Assembly: GCA_965655095.1 (NCBI GenBank)
Contig: OZ296650.1
Span: 53,134,001-53,198,000, forward strand
DNA: 64,000 bases
Source of the DNA: Haplodiscus bocki
Taxonomy: Eukaryota
Direction: 5' to 3'
In this document: positions 59,301-64,000 of the stretch, one piece after another
How positions within the stretch are numbered: position 1 is the first letter of the stretch
Layout: each line of letters begins with the position of its first letter
Position numbers and translations under genes: made by a program
The notes under the pieces: generated by a model
What the model was told of the DNA's origin: nothing
Seen by the model: the letters and a program-made list of their open reading frames with translations, nothing else
Database searches by the model: none

Positions 59301-62300
59301 CAATTGGGATTTCGTTATCTTTGTTTGGAGGTGCGTTTTCCCCATTGTCTCTCTCCTCTTTTGACACATTGTGTATTGCCTGGCATGGAAATACTCTTTC
59401 TTATACCTAAGTTTCGATGAGGAAGTCGCGTCCTGTTGCTGAGGCCTGCTGACATTCGCACAGAAAACAGTTCTCGATTTTCATACTTCTTCAATCTTTC
59501 GTAGTGCACGTTTATAATTTTCTTCAACCCGTCATGACAGAGTTTTAGATCGTTAAATTTTTCCACGGTAGTGTAGAGTCCCTCGTAAAAGGTGGCGAAA
59601 TTTTCTGTTTTTTTCACGATTGGAAAGAAACCAAGAACTTGCTGTCCTTCACTGTACGTAGGACCAGAAGAAAGATAATCGTAAAATGTGTTTTGGCAGG
59701 TCTGTTCTACATCCATCTCTGTTCTCACCAAATGATGTGCCCTCTGCATTTTTCTCTTCCTATTGAATTTGAAACCTCTTGGTTTTGGATAGATTTCTGT
59801 CTGACGTGTATTCTACATACAATCAATTGACAGTCTCAAAAGGGTTCCTACCACCGCTTAGTGGGGAAAAAAATTTGTCACTGCGTGAACAGAAGAACGT
59901 TAGGCAACCATTACCAGCTGAACTCTATTTTTCCACTCTTGCTGATAATCATCCTCTTAATTAAAGAATCTGTCTCGCAATGTATTTTCCGTCCTTTCAA
60001 TCATTGCATTCCCTTCAGGTTGAAACAACGTTGTTGGAGTCCTTCGAATGCCTAGAGTCTGACAAAGTTCACGAAAAAATTCAGACAAGAAGCTTGTTGC
60101 TTTATCACTGTGGAGGCTGACAGGGTGGCCGAATCTAGTGAACCAAGTTCCAACCAAGGCTCGGGCAACTGTTTGTACCTATGGATTTGGCAACCCTATG
60201 GCCTCTTACCATTTGCTAAACTGATCACCAAGCAATATTTTGTACTTACGACCCTCTGAAACAAACAAGAGTCCCTCCACGTCAAGGACACTTGCCAAAA
60301 GGGCTGAAAAGGATGCCTTGTTGTGAGATTGTGTCTGAGTTTTTGCGCCGTTCTTTTTCTTCTCAGTCACTTATCACAGAAAACAGCCCACTTTCGGACA
60401 TCACGTTTCATGCCAGGCCAGGAGGCAAACTTTTGTGCTCTGCGATATGTTTCCTTGATATGAAAATGTGCGGTACACAAAATTTCATGGAGAAAGGTAG
60501 AATATGTGGAGTTCGTGTCTCAGCAACAATGAGTTGTTACATTATTTGTCCACTTTTGCTTCCGTGCTCTTCCGGTAGAGACGTCCATCAACCTTCTTTA
60601 TATTTCCTAAATCAACTCAGAACTTGCAAAGTTCCTTTGACGCCCCGATCATTTGTCGCCTGTCGGGTGTCCCTTTGTTTTCCAGCCAAACAAAGACTTT
60701 GCTAAGTTTTTGTCTTGTTTCTTGTTCATTTCGATGCTTTTCCGGTCGGTGTCTTGTAGTATTTGCCACAGGTTAATTATATCGTTTTCAATTCCTGTAT
60801 CGCTCATTGTTGAAGCGGCCAAAAACGTCCTTATGCCGCTCTTTCCATGCTGATTTTGTGACAGTCACTCCGCATGAGGTTTGTCTTTTCCTGCTCTGTG
60901 TCTTATTTTGATGTTAAAAAAATGTCCCACTAGTTCAAGCCTTTCTGCAATTACACCTTCAAGATCTTTGAATCTATATCGTTACACAAACGATTGATGG
61001 TCTGCGCCAATCACAATCCTCCGACCCAGTAGGTAAAACTTGAAATCATTCGTAAAGTTAACCGGTGCGAAAAACTCACGTTTTACCGCACAATAGTTTC
61101 TCTAACTTTTGGTCAGAGTCTTGCTGGCATATGCAAAAACTATCGGCTCGTTCTTGCTTTGAGTCAAAATTGGACCAACGCCAGTCATTGGTGCATCTTT
61201 GGCCAAGGTTTGCTCATCACGGTTGTTTGGTTACCCCAGGTTGGGCGCAGATAAAACTTTCCTTTTCAGTTATTGCAAGGCATTTTTGCGCTCTTTTGTC
61301 CAGAGAAACTTCTTCTGCTTCTTCGGTAGTTGGTATTGAGTTTTTGAAGTCTTCCTCAAATACGGAAGAAACTTTTCATAGAAACCAACTAGAGCCAGTA
61401 CTGCTCCTATTTCTTTCAAGTTGTTTGTTATTTTCAATTTTTGTACTGCTGTCACCTTCTCTTGATCCATTTCCACACTTCTTTTGACAGAACATGCCAA
61501 AAAATGACTTTTTTGCAGAAAAACACTAATTTTGGAGCCTTTTATATGAAGACCGCTTTTCTCGAGTCACGCAAACACCTGCCCCAAACGTAGTAAAAGT
61601 TCATCAAACGCTATCCCGCAGACACGTATGTCGTCCAAATACACCAGGTCAACCTCGTAATAAAGAACACTGAACACCAATTCAATTAGGTTTTGGAATG
61701 CTCCAGTTACAGAAGCCAGTCGCATTGGTAGTCGTTTTTATTTGTAGAGTCCCAATGGAGTAATTAAGGCTGTCAAGTTCTGGCTTTCAACCTTCAAAGC
61801 CAATTGGAATTACCCTAACGTTGAATGATTGCTCGAGAAGAACATAATTCATTCCAAAGAATCGACTAGATCAAGAATTCTTCAACGAAACCAACATGTT
61901 TTTTCTATTTGTCTGTTAGATCCACGGTAGTCTACAACGAAATGGTATGTCCCATCCTTTATGGGGACCAGTATGCTCAAAGAAGCCCAATCAGAACGTT
62001 TTGGAGTAATGAGGGTCGCCTCAATTAGTCCTACAGTTTTTTCTCTTTTCAAAAGTCAAACTACCATCACCCCGACAAAATGGCTTCGTGTCCGGTTTCA
62101 ATTTCATTTGGTGGTCTATTTGATTAATGAAACCCAAGTCATTCGCACTCTTCGAAAGATTTTTTTCGACATTTTGACATAGCCTCAAAATTTAGTTCAT
62201 TTCACGTAAAATCAAGTATTGGCCATCAATTCCGATGTGCTTCTAAAAATTGATTTTTTTCGGCATTTTTTCTCGGTTCTCTTTGTAGAGGAAAAGTTTG

Positions 62301-64000
62301 ATGCTTCAACTCAATAGTTTCAGGGATCCCGTCTGGGGTGTTTTTGTATAAAACAAAATAATCATTTTGAATAATTTTTATTCGTGCCGAGCGAATTCTC
62401 TCGTTATTTCTAACTAGGGTTTTTCCTACCCATAACCCAATGGAATTTTGGAAGGATTCAAATCCAGTCACCATTCTTTCGGAGCTGTAAAATTCCAAAA
62501 CCATCTTCGTTTCCTAAATCACATTGCAATAAATTTTCGCTACTAACTAAAAGTACTTGTGTTGAAACTGATGTCAGGTACATTGATTCATTGATAATTG
62601 GTCTTGAAATCAATGGTAACGTTCAGCGTATCTTTGCAAAAAATATTTTGTTCCTTGGCATACACTATGCAATCAGTTTTGGTCACAAAATCTAAACCTA
62701 GCAGACAATGAAAAGTGTGTACTGACGACATTGGGAAACCGGGCCAAAACTCGGGTGCAATCTTTTTTAGGTGAACAAGGAGCTCTGCTTCTCCTTTTAC
62801 AGGCATTGATGTACTGTTCGCTGCCAGAATTTTTCCCGTGTGGATCTTTGCAACTTTGAATCCCAAGGCTTGCAAGAAATTCCAGCTAACTACTGATACC
62901 TTGTTGCCGCTATATACCAACGCAGAAGTCATTTTGTCTTGTATCAACAGTGTCCCGTATAACGCTTGCTCTGTCGTTGACTTCATTTCTATCATTATTC
63001 TAACCATGGCTTTATTATTGGTGGGCTATTGTGCGGTCATTTCCATATCAGCCTCCTTTAGTTTTAAAAAGACAATCATTCATGAATTGTAGAGACCTTG
63101 CATACTTGAAGTAGTTTTTGCAATATCTACCCCAGTGACCACGTCGATCGCAATTCCGGCAGCTATCACCTTGAAGTCCCAACCCCCAATCAGATTTAGA
63201 AAACTTCTCTCAAAACTATGACCATTTGCACCTACTTGGGGATCTTCCGGGAGTTGGGGCTCTGTAATTGCTCTCCTCTAACCAGTACGCTCTCTATTTC
63301 TTCTGCGCCAATCCTGAAACCTTCCGCTTTGGTTACTTTCTCTTGACCTGCTCCTTCTAAAACTTTTTCTTCCTCGCTGCGGATTCCGCAACAGACAAAG
63401 CTTCAAGAGAGTTTTTCACAGAGTTAGTCAGCCTGTACTGTCGGGTTGAAGACCTGCAATTTCCGGTTCCCTTTCTTTTTCCTCAGTTTTCGTGACGGCT
63501 TGAAGATGTAGTGCTCTTTAACAAATGGTTTCTTTTGTTAACTCTGCTTCAACGAGGTTTTTTCTCAAAACCAATCTAACTTGACTGTTATGGACTCCTG
63601 CCAAAAATCCACGCACTACCAAACGATCACGAATCTCATTCGATTCCTCCTGGTAATCTTTGATGGCCAAACACTGCAAATCTGCCAAAAAGTCCAAAAG
63701 TTTTTCCGCTGGATGTTGCCTGCACGGAACGCGACTGGTTTTTTAGTAGATTGTGTTCCGAAAGCTCAGTTTTTTTGTCATGACTCGCTTTTTGCACGTC
63801 TGTTAAAGTGCGGTAGAAATCAATTGATGATTTTTGAAGTCGAAGTGCAGAAAAGCGCGCCGTTCATTTAATTCGATTTGAATTCCATCGTGCATTTCCG
63901 TTCTACAGCACTTCTGTCTTAGGCGCTGAATGTCTTATGTAGCTTTCATTGTCTCTGGAGAAAGTGACAGTTTCCAGAAACAACATCTTGGAAGTAGCCG
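59300..64000 (-). mobile_element. Decayed Ty3/Gypsy LTR retrotransposon gag-pol region
   Basis: Order PR-RT-RH-IN on the minus strand. Protease-like ALVYSG...LLGLDF (62588-63007); RT VVDYR and LVYLDD (YLDD at 61630-61641); connection region LVGFYEKF...FLWTKE (61270-61500); integrase WFTRFGHPVSLHSDKATSF...GNAMIERTENTL (59957-60157). Heavily frameshifted; the gag-side sequence runs off the window end. Confidence 0.9.

Overview
AT-rich, repeat-dense animal genomic DNA with spliceosomal introns; it is not prokaryotic. Three intron-containing genes lie in tandem on the minus strand, and I reconstructed them by hand from splice sites and phases. (1) The 5' ~660 codons of the E3 ligase UBR3: ATG at 20254, ten coding exons traced down to 3892; the remainder was not found and probably lies left of the window. 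(2) The prefoldin-like URI1: exons from 36358 to the stop at 25038; the start codon is unresolved. (3) An uncharacterised ~731-aa type-I membrane protein (50648 to 44417). To the right are a decayed RTE-clade LINE (+ strand, ~51255-54437) whose 5' end carries a twister-ribozyme core, and a decayed Ty3/Gypsy element (- strand) followed by ~4.5 kb of additional ORF relics. Introns and intergenic DNA are filled with non-autonomous elements: a co-oriented Helentron/DINE-like family, palindromic-unit MITE/satellite-like repeats and tRNA-derived Pol III heads. An unclassified multi-kb element built from ~175-nt repeats occupies the largest intron of both UBR3 and URI1. Repeat boundaries are approximate, and no database searches were run.
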